Shown here: positions 25,357 to 35,075 of the stretch, piece by piece
Position numbering within the stretch: the first letter of the stretch is position 1
Layout: each line of letters begins with the position of its first letter
Source of the DNA: an uncultured Gemmatimonadales bacterium
GTDB lineage: Bacteria; Gemmatimonadota; Gemmatimonadetes; Gemmatimonadales; Gemmatimonadaceae
Length of the DNA: 64,000 nt
Direction of reading: 5' to 3'
Assembly: GCA_963851265.1 (NCBI GenBank)
Contig: CAWKNZ010000002.1
Coordinates: forward strand, 288,001-352,000
Translations under genes and position numbers: made by a program
Notes under the pieces: model-generated
Seen by the model: only the letters and a program-made list of their open reading frames with translations
Told to the model about the DNA's origin: nothing
Database searches by the model: none

Positions 25357-27191
25357 CAGATCGCCCCCTCCTGCGCCGGCGGCTCCGCCGGGTCCGCGCC
25401 GAACTCCGGGTGCAGGAACGCGTACCGGTAGTCCGTCGGCGGCGCGAACGTCTCCTTGATCGTCCGCGGGCTGGTCCACCGCAGCAGGTTGAGCTTCGAC
25501 CCCGCCTTGTCGTTGGTCCCCGACCCGCGCGCCCCGCCGAACGGCTGCTGCCCCACCACCGCGCCCGTCGGCTTGTCGTTCACGTAGAAGTTGCCCGCCG
25601 CGTTCCGCAGCGCGACCGCGGCCTGCCTCACCGCCTTCCGGTCGCGCGCGAACACCGCCCCCGTCAGCGCGTACGGCGACGTGCGGTCGACCGTGCGCAG
25701 CACGTCCTCCCACCCCTGCGGCGCGGCGTCGTCCCACGCGTACGCCGTCACCACCGGCCCGAAGATCTCCTCGCACATCAGCCGGTACCCGGGCTCCGGC
25801 GCCTCGACCAGCGTCGGCTCCACGAACCACCCCGTCGTGCGGTCGGCCCCGCCACCCTGCACGATCCGCGCGTTCGCCCGCGCGTCGTCCAGGTACCCCG
25901 AGATCTTCGTGAACGAGCGCTCGTCGATCACCGCGCCCATGAAGTTCCCGAAGTCGCGCACGTCGCCCACCCGGATGTCGCGCATCATCGCGACCACGCG
26001 CTCGCGCACGTCGGCCCACATCGACCGCGGCACGTACACCCGGCTCGCCGCCGAGCACTTCTGCCCCTGGTACTCGAACGCCCCGCGCACGATCCCCACC
26101 GCGAGCACCTGCGGGTCGGCCGAGGGGTGCGCGAGGATGAAGTCCTTCCCCCCGGTCTCGCCCACGATCCTCGGGTACGAGCGGTAGCGCCCCATGTTGC
26201 GCCCGATCGTCTCCCACATGCTGTTGAACACGCCCGTGCTGCCCGTGAAGTGCACGCCCCCGAGGTCGGGGTGCGCGAGCAGCGGGTCGCTCACGAGCTT
26301 GGGATCGCCCGGCACGAAGTTGATCACGCCCGGCGGCAGTCCGGCCTCCTCCAGCAGTCGCATCAGGTGCCACGCCGAGAGCATCGCGCCGGCGGCGGGC
26401 TTCCACACCACCGTGTTCCCCATCAGCGCCGCGCTCGTCGGCAGGTTGCCCGCGATCGCCGTGAAGTTGAACGGCGTCACCGCGTACACGAACCCCTCCA
26501 GCGGGCGGTAGTCGAGCTGGTTCCACATCGTGCGGTCGCTCGCCGGCTGCTCCGCGTACAGCTCCTGCGCGAACTGCACGTTGAACCGCAGGAAGTCGAT
26601 CAGCTCGCACGCCGAGTCGATCTCCGCCTGGTGCGCGGTCTTCGCCTGGCCTAACATCGTCGCCGCGTTCAGCGTCTGCCGCCACGTCGTCGCCAGCAGC
26701 TCGGCGGCGCGCAGGAACACCGCCGCGCGGTCCTCCCACGCCCAGTTGGCCCACTCGCGGTGCGCGTCCCGCGCCGCGTCGACCGCGCGCGCCACGTCCT
26801 CCACGCCGGCCCGGTGCCACTCGCCTAACACCTCGCGGTGCGCGCACGGGTTGGCCACCCGCGCCACGTCGCCCGTGTAGACCCGCTCGCCGCCGATCAC
26901 GAGCGGGATCTCCGCGCGCTCGGCGGCCATCTCGGCCAGCCGCGCACGGAGTTCCGCCCGCTCCGGCGAGCCCGGCGCGTAGCCGCGCACCGGTTCGTTC
27001 ACCGCCGGCGGCACGCGGCGCGTCCCGGCGAACCCGACCGCGCCGCCCATCTCCGGCAGCGGCTGCTCGGCGCTCGCCGCCGTGCCGCCGCGCACCGGCG
27101 CCTCGCCACCGGAGCCGTGAGGGACGTGCTGGGCCGGCGCACGCGGGGCGGACGTGGCCTCGGCGGGCGCGGACGGAACGGAGGTGGCCAT
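25356..27191 (-). CDS. pruA: L-glutamate gamma-semialdehyde (P5C) dehydrogenase
   Basis: AEIDSACELIDF, PFNFTAI, GETGGKDF, YQGQKCSA, NDKPTGAVVGQQPFGG. Confidence 0.95.
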   Translation of the reverse strand: MATSVPSAPAEATSAPRAPAQHVPHGSGGEAPVRGGTAASAEQPLPEMGGAVGFAGTRRVPPAVNEPVRGYAPGSPERAELRARLAEMAAERAEIPLVIGGERVYTGDVARVANPCAHREVLGEWHRAGVEDVARAVDAARDAHREWANWAWEDRAAVFLRAAELLATTWRQTLNAATMLGQAKTAHQAEIDSACELIDFLRFNVQFAQELYAEQPASDRTMWNQLDYRPLEGFVYAVTPFNFTAIAGNLPTSAALMGNTVVWKPAAGAMLSAWHLMRLLEEAGLPPGVINFVPGDPKLVSDPLLAHPDLGGVHFTGSTGVFNSMWETIGRNMGRYRSYPRIVGETGGKDFILAHPSADPQVLAVGIVRGAFEYQGQKCSAASRVYVPRSMWADVRERVVAMMRDIRVGDVRDFGNFMGAVIDERSFTKISGYLDDARANARIVQGGGADRTTGWFVEPTLVEAPEPGYRLMCEEIFGPVVTAYAWDDAAPQGWEDVLRTVDRTSPYALTGAVFARDRKAVRQAAVALRNAAGNFYVNDKPTGAVVGQQPFGGARGSGTNDKAGSKLNLLRWTSPRTIKETFAPPTDYRYAFLHPEFGADPAEPPAQEGAI

Positions 27192-27320
27192 GGCTCGGGT
27201 GACGCGGGTCGGGGCGATTCGGTGACGACGTGTGACGAACGCGCGCCGCTCGGCGCGCCCCGCCGTGCGCGAAATCTACTGGCGCTCGCCGCCCGCCTCC
27301 GCCGCGGGTAACTTCCCCCC

Positions 27321-28259
27321 ATGTCGCCCGGCTTCCGTCGTCCGCTCCTCCGCCCGCAGGCGACGCGCGCGGGTGCTCTCGTGCTCGCGACCGCCGCGCT
27401 CGCCGCCTGCGCGGCCGACCCCGTGCGCTGGGACCAGGGGGCCGAGCGCCGCCTTCCCATTCCCCCCACGAGCGGCGCGGCCGTCACCACGGCCGTCGCG
27501 GAGTCGCTCGCCGCGGCCGGCGCGCGCGCAGCGATCGGCGGCGCGGTCGCACAGGCGACCCAGGCCGCGCCGGGAAGCGCGCTCCCCACCGCCGTCGACC
27601 CGCACGCGTGTCCGGCGTCGCTTCGCGTCGCGGCCGGGCGCGACGGCGTCGTCGGCGCGGTGTGGTGGTCGCTCCGCCCCGACCACTCCGCCGCCCTCCG
27701 CGCCAGCCGCTCCGCCGACCGCGGCCGCTCCTGGTCCGCGCCCGTCCCCGTCGACACGCTCGACCGCTCCGAGGCCGCGTGCGACCGCCCCGCGCCGAGC
27801 ATCGCGATCGACTCGGTCAACGGCTACCTCCACGTCGCGTACTCGATGGAGGCGCCCGAAGGCAAGGGCGTGTTCTACGCGCACCAGATGGACCCGCGCG
27901 CCGGCTTCGAGCGCCCGCAGGCCGTCGTCTACGGCGACCGCCCGGCCGCGACGAGCGTCGCCTCGTCCGGCGACCTCGTCGTCGTCGCGTACGAAGACCC
28001 CAACACGGGCGGCCGGCCGTTCGTCTCGCTCGCGCTGTCGCGCACGGGCGGGCACTCGTTCGCCGAGCGCTTCGCGGCCAGCGAGCGGAGCAGCATGTCG
28101 GCCGAGAGCCCGGCGGTCGCGCTCACCCGGCGGCGCGTCGCGCTCGCCTGGGTCGAACGCACCGCGCCGCGCCAGATCGCGGGCACCGACGACCCGCGCA
28201 GCATCACGGCCGAGCAACCGAGCGGCATCGTCGTGCGCGTCGGCCAGTTGCGGCAGTAG
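27321..28259 (+). CDS. Lipoprotein with Asp-box/BNR-like motifs (beta-propeller-like)
   Basis: LAAC lipobox; SADRGRSW and SRTGGHSF. Confidence 0.65.
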   Translation: MSPGFRRPLLRPQATRAGALVLATAALAACAADPVRWDQGAERRLPIPPTSGAAVTTAVAESLAAAGARAAIGGAVAQATQAAPGSALPTAVDPHACPASLRVAAGRDGVVGAVWWSLRPDHSAALRASRSADRGRSWSAPVPVDTLDRSEAACDRPAPSIAIDSVNGYLHVAYSMEAPEGKGVFYAHQMDPRAGFERPQAVVYGDRPAATSVASSGDLVVVAYEDPNTGGRPFVSLALSRTGGHSFAERFAASERSSMSAESPAVALTRRRVALAWVERTAPRQIAGTDDPRSITAEQPSGIVVRVGQLRQ

Positions 28260-28268
28260 CGGCGTCAC

Positions 28269-29069
28269 GTGGCGCGCGCCCTCATCGCGGCGACCGACGA
28301 CGCGACGGTCGAGATCTTCTCCGCCGTGCTCTCGTCGAGAAGCTACGCGGTCGAGGTCGTGCCCGAGGCGAGCGCGGCGTGGCGCGCGTATACGGAGCGC
28401 CACCCCGCCGTGCTCGTCCTCGACCTCGACCTGCGCGGCGCCGACGGCGGGGCGGCCGCACTCGCCTTCTGCCGCCGCGTGCGGCAGGCCGAACGCGACG
28501 CCGAGCACGCCGCACAGGCCTCGCCGGTCGCCTCGCGCGACCTCGCGCCTGGCGACTCGGCCGTCGCCTACGTGCTCGCCGTCGCGCCGCGCGACCGGCC
28601 GGGCGATCTGCTCGAGGCGCTCGACGCAGGCGCCGACGACTACATCACCCAGCCGCCGTCCCCGCGCAACGTCGCCGCCCGCCTCACGATTGCCGAGCGC
28701 CGCATGGCGCAGGACGGCGCGCGGCGTGAGGCCGAACGCGCACTCCTCCGAGCGCGCTACCTCGCCGGCATCGGCGAGACGTCCATCGCCCTCCAGCACG
28801 AGATCAACAACCCGCTCGCCGCCCTCCTCGGGCACGCGGCACTCATCGAGCACGGGATGGCCGAGCCGGGCGAGGAGCGCGAGCTGCTGCAGGTGATCGT
28901 CGAACAGGCGCACCGCATCGCCGGCGTGATGAAGCGCCTCGCCGCCGTCCGCGACCCCACGAGCGTCGAGTATCTTGGCGGCGCCCGCATGCTCGACCTC
29001 TCGCGCGACCTGCTCCGCACCACCGGCGAGTTCACCGCCCTCCCGCCGTCGGCCGAGCGCGAGCCCTGA
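28269..29069 (+). CDS. Receiver domain + HisKA dimerisation domain protein lacking HATPase
   Basis: VLVLD, LEALDAGADDYITQP, then LQHEINNPLAALLG; protein ends shortly after. Confidence 0.8.
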   Translation: MARALIAATDDATVEIFSAVLSSRSYAVEVVPEASAAWRAYTERHPAVLVLDLDLRGADGGAAALAFCRRVRQAERDAEHAAQASPVASRDLAPGDSAVAYVLAVAPRDRPGDLLEALDAGADDYITQPPSPRNVAARLTIAERRMAQDGARREAERALLRARYLAGIGETSIALQHEINNPLAALLGHAALIEHGMAEPGEERELLQVIVEQAHRIAGVMKRLAAVRDPTSVEYLGGARMLDLSRDLLRTTGEFTALPPSAEREP

Positions 29070-29122
29070 CCGCGTCACACGGGCGCCCGCCCGGAGCGCG
29101 CCCCACTCCACCCCGCCCGCCC

Positions 29123-29824
29123 GTGATCCGCCGCACCCTCGCCGCCCTCGGCCTAACGACCGCAGCGGCCGCCGCTTCCGCCCGCGCCCAGTCCGCCGCG
29201 CCGCGCGCCTTCGTCACCCGCCGCGGCGCCGACACGCTCGTCGTCGAGCAGGTCGAGCGCGCCGCCGACGGCACCGTCCTCTCGCGCCTGGACTTCCGCG
29301 GCGGCGGCGGGCCCCCCGCCGGCCTGCGCGCGTCGGCCGCCTACACCCCGGGGCCCGACGCGCGCGTGCGGCGCGCCACCATCGAGGTCACGCCGCCCGG
29401 CGCCGGCGCGCCCGCGCAGCGCGTCACCATGACGTTCGGTGCCGCGCCCGGCGACAGCGTCGAGGTACAGGTCGGCAGCGCGCCGGCGCAGCGCGTGGCG
29501 GCCGCCGCGGGCGCGCTACCCTTCGGCGACCTCTCCGTCGCGTCCTGGGAGCTCATCGTCCGGCGCGCCCGCGCGCTCGGCGGCGGCACGCTGCGCTCCA
29601 CGTTCGTCCCCGTCTTCATCGGCCCCGGCCGCCCCGCGATCACCGCGTCGGTCGCGCCACTCGGCGCCGACTCCGTCGTGCTCGCGATGAACGGCGTCGA
29701 GCTCCGCGCGCGTCTCGCCGCCGGCGACGAGATCCTCGGCATGCGCGTTCCGTCGCAGGGCGTCGTCGTCGAAGCAGTCCCGCGCGGCGCCGCGGCCCTC
29801 GGGACCGCCGCGCCGCGCGACTAA
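29123..29824 (+). CDS. Secreted hypothetical protein
   Basis: Signal peptide ending ARA-Q; GC3-biased frame. Confidence 0.65.
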   Translation: MIRRTLAALGLTTAAAAASARAQSAAPRAFVTRRGADTLVVEQVERAADGTVLSRLDFRGGGGPPAGLRASAAYTPGPDARVRRATIEVTPPGAGAPAQRVTMTFGAAPGDSVEVQVGSAPAQRVAAAAGALPFGDLSVASWELIVRRARALGGGTLRSTFVPVFIGPGRPAITASVAPLGADSVVLAMNGVELRARLAAGDEILGMRVPSQGVVVEAVPRGAAALGTAAPRD

Positions 29825-29989
29825 AAATCGCCGCAACCGGCGTGTGTAAGGCACCCCGGTGTTGACGCGCGCTGACGCTGCACGCCTATTGCATGTGCGC
29901 CTCACACACGTACGTTAGGGCGCGACCGTCACCAATTGCGACGGAGCCCGCGGGACGCTCCGCGCGCCCATCCCCACACAGGAGACGCG

Positions 29990-30568
29990 ATGGCCACAGC
30001 CAAGAAGCCCGCCGGCGCCGCAAAGACGCGGTCCACCTCGACCAAAACCAGCGCCGGCGCCAAGACCAGCGCCGGGGCCAAGAAAGCCCCGGCCAAGTCC
30101 GGAAGCGCCGCGCCGAACAAGGCGGCCGCCACGGCCAAGGCGCCCGCGAGCAAATCTGCCGCAAAGACCGCGGCCAAGACGGCGAGCAAGACCGCCGCGA
30201 AGACGGCCGCCAAGACGGCGAGCAAGACCGCGGCGAAGTCCGCCGCCAAGACGGCGAGCAAGTCGGCCGGCACCGCGGCGGCCAAGAAGGCGCCCTCCAA
30301 GGCCGCCGCCGGCAAGCGCGGGCCCAACCCCGCGTTCATGAAGCCCCTCCAGCCCGACGCCCAGCTGGCCGAGGTGGTCGGCAAGGACCCGATGCCGCGC
30401 ACGCAGGTCGTCGCCCGCGTGTGGGACTACATCAAGAAGAACGGCCTGCAGGAGAGCCGGAACATCAAGGCCGACGACAAGCTCCGCCCCATCTTCGGCA
30501 AGGAGCAGATCACCATGTTCGAGATGATGAAGCTCGTCAACGCGCACCTTTCCGACGCGTCGGCGTAA
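29990..30568 (+). CDS. SWIB/MDM2 domain protein with histone H1-like Ala/Lys-rich N-terminus
   Basis: GGAG RBS; (KTAA/KTAS)n repeats; AFMKPL..LAEVVG..PRTQVV..WDYIKKNGLQ..IKADDKL..MFEM. Confidence 0.9.
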   Translation: MATAKKPAGAAKTRSTSTKTSAGAKTSAGAKKAPAKSGSAAPNKAAATAKAPASKSAAKTAAKTASKTAAKTAAKTASKTAAKSAAKTASKSAGTAAAKKAPSKAAAGKRGPNPAFMKPLQPDAQLAEVVGKDPMPRTQVVARVWDYIKKNGLQESRNIKADDKLRPIFGKEQITMFEMMKLVNAHLSDASA

Positions 30569-30737
30569 TACACGCCGCGCGCGAACTCGTGTTCGGGCGC
30601 GCCCCCGGACGGCCGCAGACTTGGCGGCCGGCCGGGGGCGCGCCAGCTTTCGGGGTCGCGCCACCGCGCGCGACTCCGCGCGCCCGTGACCGCTCGCCGG
30701 TCCGCGCCGCCCCGCGCTTTCTTCCTGCTCCGACGTC

Positions 30738-31613
30738 GTGCCCCCATCGTCCGCCAAGTCCGCCAGCTCGCGCAACGCCGTCGCGGACCTCCGCGCCGGA
30801 CGCCGCACCTCCACGCGCGCCCGGAGCGGCGGACGCTCCGCGGCCCGCCGCGGCGGTGCCGGCGTGTGGGAGACCGCCCGCGCCTTCCTCGGCACGATCG
30901 TCCTCTTCCTCGTCATCCGCACCTTCCTCGTCGAGGCGTTCCGGATCCCGTCGGGAAGCATGATTCCCACGCTGCTCGTCGGCGACTGGCTGTTCGTCAA
31001 CAAGCTCGTCTACGGCCCGCACCTGCCATTCACGAGTGTCACGCTTCCGGGCTACGCCGACCCCAAGCGCGGCGACGTGGTCGTGTTCGAGTCGCCGTAC
31101 CAGGGCGACGAGGCCGCGCGCGGCGCCGACCCCACGCCCACCCTGGTCAAGCGCCTCGTCGGTCTCCCGGGCGACACGCTGTACATGCGCGACGGGCTGC
31201 TCTACGTCGACGGCGTCGCGCAGCGCCAGGGCTACGCCGCGAGCGGCAACTTCAAGGGCTTCGCCGACGAGACCAACGACCTGTTCGGGTGGCAGCGCCA
31301 GTACGCGCTCTCGGCCTCACGTTTCGGCGCCGCGCCAGCCACCCCCACGCACGACAACTGGGGGCCCCTCGTCATCCCGCCGCGCCACTACATGATGCTC
31401 GGCGACAACCGCTACTGCTCCAAGGACTCGCGCTACTGGGGTCTCGTGCCGCGCGCCAACCTGCGCGGCCGCCCGATCTTCGTCTACTACTCCTACCGCC
31501 CGGCGCCCGACGACGACGCCGGTCCCAACACGTGCGACCCGGACCGCAGCGAGAAACCCGCACCGTTCGTCACCGACGTGCGCTGGGGCCGCATCGGGCA
31601 CGTGATTCGGTAA
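30738..31613 (+). CDS. lepB: Signal peptidase I
   Basis: IPSGSMIPTLLVGD, LVKRLVGLPGD, LGDNRYCSKDSRYWG. Confidence 0.93.
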   Translation: MPPSSAKSASSRNAVADLRAGRRTSTRARSGGRSAARRGGAGVWETARAFLGTIVLFLVIRTFLVEAFRIPSGSMIPTLLVGDWLFVNKLVYGPHLPFTSVTLPGYADPKRGDVVVFESPYQGDEAARGADPTPTLVKRLVGLPGDTLYMRDGLLYVDGVAQRQGYAASGNFKGFADETNDLFGWQRQYALSASRFGAAPATPTHDNWGPLVIPPRHYMMLGDNRYCSKDSRYWGLVPRANLRGRPIFVYYSYRPAPDDDAGPNTCDPDRSEKPAPFVTDVRWGRIGHVIR

Positions 31614-31714
31614 GCCCGCGGCCGGCCGCCCGGGGCGCGGCGGCCGGACGCTCGTTAGGCGCGGTCGACGCGTCCACCCGCCGGCCCGCGCGCCGGCCTC
31701 GGTCGGGGCCGGCC

Positions 31715-32041
31715 TCAGTCGAGGTCGTCTTCCGGCACCTCGCCGCTCACCTCCGCCGGGTGACGCGCGTCCCGGTTCGTACTGCTCCCGCCGCCGAGTC
31801 CGGGATCGCGCCCGTCCGGGTGCTGGTAGACGTCGTTCGCGAAGTTCTGGCCCGCGAAGCTCCGCGCCCCCAGATCCTCCTCGCGCGGCTCGGGCGCCGA
31901 CGGCGCGTCGTACGCCTCGCGGTCGGGCGTGGCGTCGCCCGGCGCGCGATCGGTGTTGCGGAACGGAATCCCCTGCTCGACGTCGACCGTCGGCTCCCGC
32001 GCTTCGGCGGGCGGGTGGGGGATGGACCTGTCGTCGGCCAT
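31715..32041 (-). CDS. Small acidic disordered hypothetical protein
   Basis: CAGGAG RBS before ATG; MADDRSIPH... Confidence 0.6.
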   Translation of the reverse strand: MADDRSIPHPPAEAREPTVDVEQGIPFRNTDRAPGDATPDREAYDAPSAPEPREEDLGARSFAGQNFANDVYQHPDGRDPGLGGGSSTNRDARHPAEVSGEVPEDDLD

Positions 32042-32067
32042 GTCAAACTCCTGAAAGAGGCGAGAGA

Positions 32068-33139
32068 ATGCGTCGGAACGCGCCGTCCGTGAGCGCAAGC
32101 TTCGCGCTCGCCACCCTCTGCTGTCTCGCCCGCGGCCCGATCCAGGCCCGACCCGCGGCCGCCCAGCCGCTCCGTCGCCCAGCCGCCGCTCCGCGAGCAG
32201 GCGGCTGCCCCACGCCTCCCGACCCCCCCGCACGGTCGCGTCGTCGCCGACACCTTCTGGTCGCCCGCGCTCGGCGTGCGCAAGCAGTTCGTCGTCTATC
32301 TCCCGCCCTCGTACGACCGCGAGCCCGCGCGGCGCTACCCGGTCGCGTACTACCTCCACGGCCTGTACGGCAACGAGTGGAACTGGGTCCGCGAGGGCGG
32401 CATGGCGACGGTCGCCGACTCGCTCGCCGCGCGCGGGGCAGGAGAGGCCGTCGTCGTCATGCCCGACGGCGACGACGGCTGGTACACTACGTGGAACGCG
32501 CTCGGCAACTACGACGGCTGCCGCCGCGACAGCACGCGCGCCGAGCCCGCCACGAGCTACTGCGTGCCCTGGCCGCACTACGACGACTACGTCGCCCACG
32601 ACCTCGTCGCCAGGGTCGACTCGACCTACCGCACGCGTCCAGATCGCGCGCACCGCGCCGTCGCGGGACTCAGCATGGGCGGCTACGGCGCGATGGCACT
32701 CGCGCTCCGCTACCCCGAGGTCTTCGGCGCGGCCGCGAGCCATTCCGGCGTCGTGTCGCCCCTCTACATCGGCCCCACGCCGTACACGCCCCCCGCGCAC
32801 TACGCGTCCACCGTCGCCGAGCTGCAGGCCTACCGCCCCGGCACATGGGCGACCAAACCCCTCGCCTTCGGCACCGACACCGCCGGCTGGTGGGCGCGCG
32901 ACCCCGCCCGGCTCGCCGCGCGTGTGCAGCACGCGCGCCCCGCACTCCTCCCGGCCCTGTTCGCCGACGTCGGCACCGAAGACCAGCTCGCGGACGGCAA
33001 CCGCGCGTTCCGCGACCGCCTCGCCGCACTCGGCATCCCGCTCGCCTACCACGAGTGGCCGGGCGCGCACACGTGGACGTACTGGCGCGCGCACGTCGGC
33101 GAGAGCCTCGCCTGGCTGCTCGCGCGCGTTCGGGACTGA
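32068..33139 (+). pseudogene. Putative esterase (FrmB/tributyrin esterase-like alpha/beta hydrolase); apparent frameshift separates signal peptide from catalytic ORF (32276-33139)
   Basis: VYLPPSY, YYLHG, GLSMGGYGA, GAHTWTYW; upstream HGRVVADTFWSPALG is in frame but has no start; signal-like sequence lies in another frame from 32068. Confidence 0.65.
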
Positions 33140-33234
33140 GCCGCGCGCCAAGTTAGGCATCGCGGAGGCGCCGCGGCCCGCCGGCGCGAAACACGCCGGT
33201 GCGAAACACGGCGGCGCGTCGCTCGTCTCCTGGT

Positions 33235-34479
33235 ATGCCCGCCGCCCTCAGCGCGCCCGCCGCGCGCGCCCTCACGTCCGGCACCCGGCCGCGCGCTTCG
33301 GACCGTCGCGCCGCGGCGCGCCGCCCGCGCCGCCCCGTCGAGGTCACGGTTCTCCTGCCGTGCCTCAACGAGGCCGCGACCCTCGCGACCTGCATCGACA
33401 AGGCCCGGGGCGCCCTCACCGACCTCGGCGTCGGCGGCGAGGTGCTCGTGGCCGACAACGGCAGCACCGACGGCTCGCCCGACATCGCCCGCGCCCACGG
33501 CGCCCGGGTCGTCCACGTGGCGCGCCGCGGCTACGGCGCCGCGCTCTCGGCCGGCATCGACGCCGCCCGCGGGCGCTGGATCGTCATGGCCGACGCCGAC
33601 GACTCCTACGACCTCGCCGGCCTCGCCCCGTTCATCCGCGCCCTGCAGGACGGCGCGGAACTCGTCATGGGCAACCGCTTTCGCGGCGGCATCGTCCCCG
33701 GCGCGATGCCCGCGCTGCACCGCTATCTGGGCAATCCGGTGCTCACCGGCATCGGCCGCGTGCTCTTCCGCAGCCCGTGCCGCGACTTCCACTGCGGCAT
33801 GCGCGCCTTCTCGCGCGACGCGGTTCGCGCCCTCGCCCTCCGCACCACGGGGATGGAGTTCGCGAGCGAGATGGTCGTCAAGGCGACCCTGCACGGCCTG
33901 CGCGTCGCCGAAGTGCCGACGACCCTCTCGCCCGACGGACGCGGGCGCCCGCCGCACCTGCGCTCGTGGCGCGACGGGTGGCGGCACCTCCGCTTCCTGC
34001 TGCTCTACAGCCCGCGCTACCTCTTTCTGGTCCCGGGCCTCCTGCTCGCCGCACTCGGCGCCGTCGCGATGGCCGCACTCCTCGGCGGTCCGCGCCGTGT
34101 CGGCGCGGTCACCTTCGACGTACACACGCTGCTCTTCGCCGGGGTCGCCGTGGTGACCGGCGCGCAGCTCGGCCTCTTCGCCGCGTTCGCCAAGCTCTTC
34201 GCGACGCACGCCGGCCTCCTCCCCCCCGACGCCCGGCTCGCGCGTCTCGCCCGCCACGCATCGCTCGAGCGCGGCCTCGCCGCGAGCGGCGCCCTGCTCG
34301 CCGCGGGGCTGGCCCTCGCCCTCGCCGCCGTGCACACGTGGCAGGCGGCGGGCTTCGGCCCGCTCGCGATCGGAACAGCGATGCGGCTGTCCGTCCCCGC
34401 CGGCACGCTCATCGTGCTCGGCGTGCAGGGAGTGTTCGCGAGCTTCCTGCTCTCGCTCCTCAGCATCCCGCGTCGTTAG
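33235..34479 (+). CDS. GT2 glycosyltransferase (DPM1-like) with C-terminal TM helices
   Basis: PCLNEA, VADNGSTDGS, MADADDSYD, GMEFASEM, LRSWRDGWRHL. Confidence 0.92.
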   Translation: MPAALSAPAARALTSGTRPRASDRRAAARRPRRPVEVTVLLPCLNEAATLATCIDKARGALTDLGVGGEVLVADNGSTDGSPDIARAHGARVVHVARRGYGAALSAGIDAARGRWIVMADADDSYDLAGLAPFIRALQDGAELVMGNRFRGGIVPGAMPALHRYLGNPVLTGIGRVLFRSPCRDFHCGMRAFSRDAVRALALRTTGMEFASEMVVKATLHGLRVAEVPTTLSPDGRGRPPHLRSWRDGWRHLRFLLLYSPRYLFLVPGLLLAALGAVAMAALLGGPRRVGAVTFDVHTLLFAGVAVVTGAQLGLFAAFAKLFATHAGLLPPDARLARLARHASLERGLAASGALLAAGLALALAAVHTWQAAGFGPLAIGTAMRLSVPAGTLIVLGVQGVFASFLLSLLSIPRR

Positions 34480-34506
34480 GCGCCACCCCTCACCGCTCCG
34501 CCCGCC

Positions 34507-35055
34507 GTGCGCTTCCTCGACCGCGTGCTCCAGCGCTGGCGCATCGTCCGCGCGAGCCCTTGGCTTGCCCCGGGTGCCGAGGTCCTCGACGTCGGGTGCG
34601 CCGACGGCGCGCTCTTCCGTCAGCTGCGCCGTCTCGGCCCCGGCATCGGCGTCGAACCGACGCTCCCCGCCCCGCGGGTCGTCGGACGCTCCGAACTCCG
34701 ACCGGGCCTCGTCCCCGACGCGGTCCCTCCGGGTCGCACCTTCGACGCCGTCACGCTCCTCGCCGTACTCGAGCACGTGCCCACGGCCGCGCAGCGCGCC
34801 CTCGCCGACGCGTGCGCGGCCCTCGTGCGCCCCGGCGGCGTCGCCGTCGTCACGGTCCCCGCGCCCGCCGTCGACCGCGTGCTCGCCGTGCTGCACCGCC
34901 TGCGCCTGGTCGACGGCATGTCGCTCGACGAGCACTTCGGGTTCGAACCGGACGACGTGCCGCGCGTGTTCGCGGCCCCGGAGTGGCGACTCGTGCGGCA
35001 CCAGCGCTTCCAACTGGGCCTCAACAACCTGTTCGTCTTCCGGCGCACGGCCTAA
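34507..35055 (+). CDS. Class I SAM-dependent methyltransferase
   Basis: VLDVGCADG, FDAVTLLAVLEHV, VRPGG. Confidence 0.88.
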   Translation: MRFLDRVLQRWRIVRASPWLAPGAEVLDVGCADGALFRQLRRLGPGIGVEPTLPAPRVVGRSELRPGLVPDAVPPGRTFDAVTLLAVLEHVPTAAQRALADACAALVRPGGVAVVTVPAPAVDRVLAVLHRLRLVDGMSLDEHFGFEPDDVPRVFAAPEWRLVRHQRFQLGLNNLFVFRRTA

Positions 35056-35075
35056 CCGGCGCGCCTACCGCGGCG

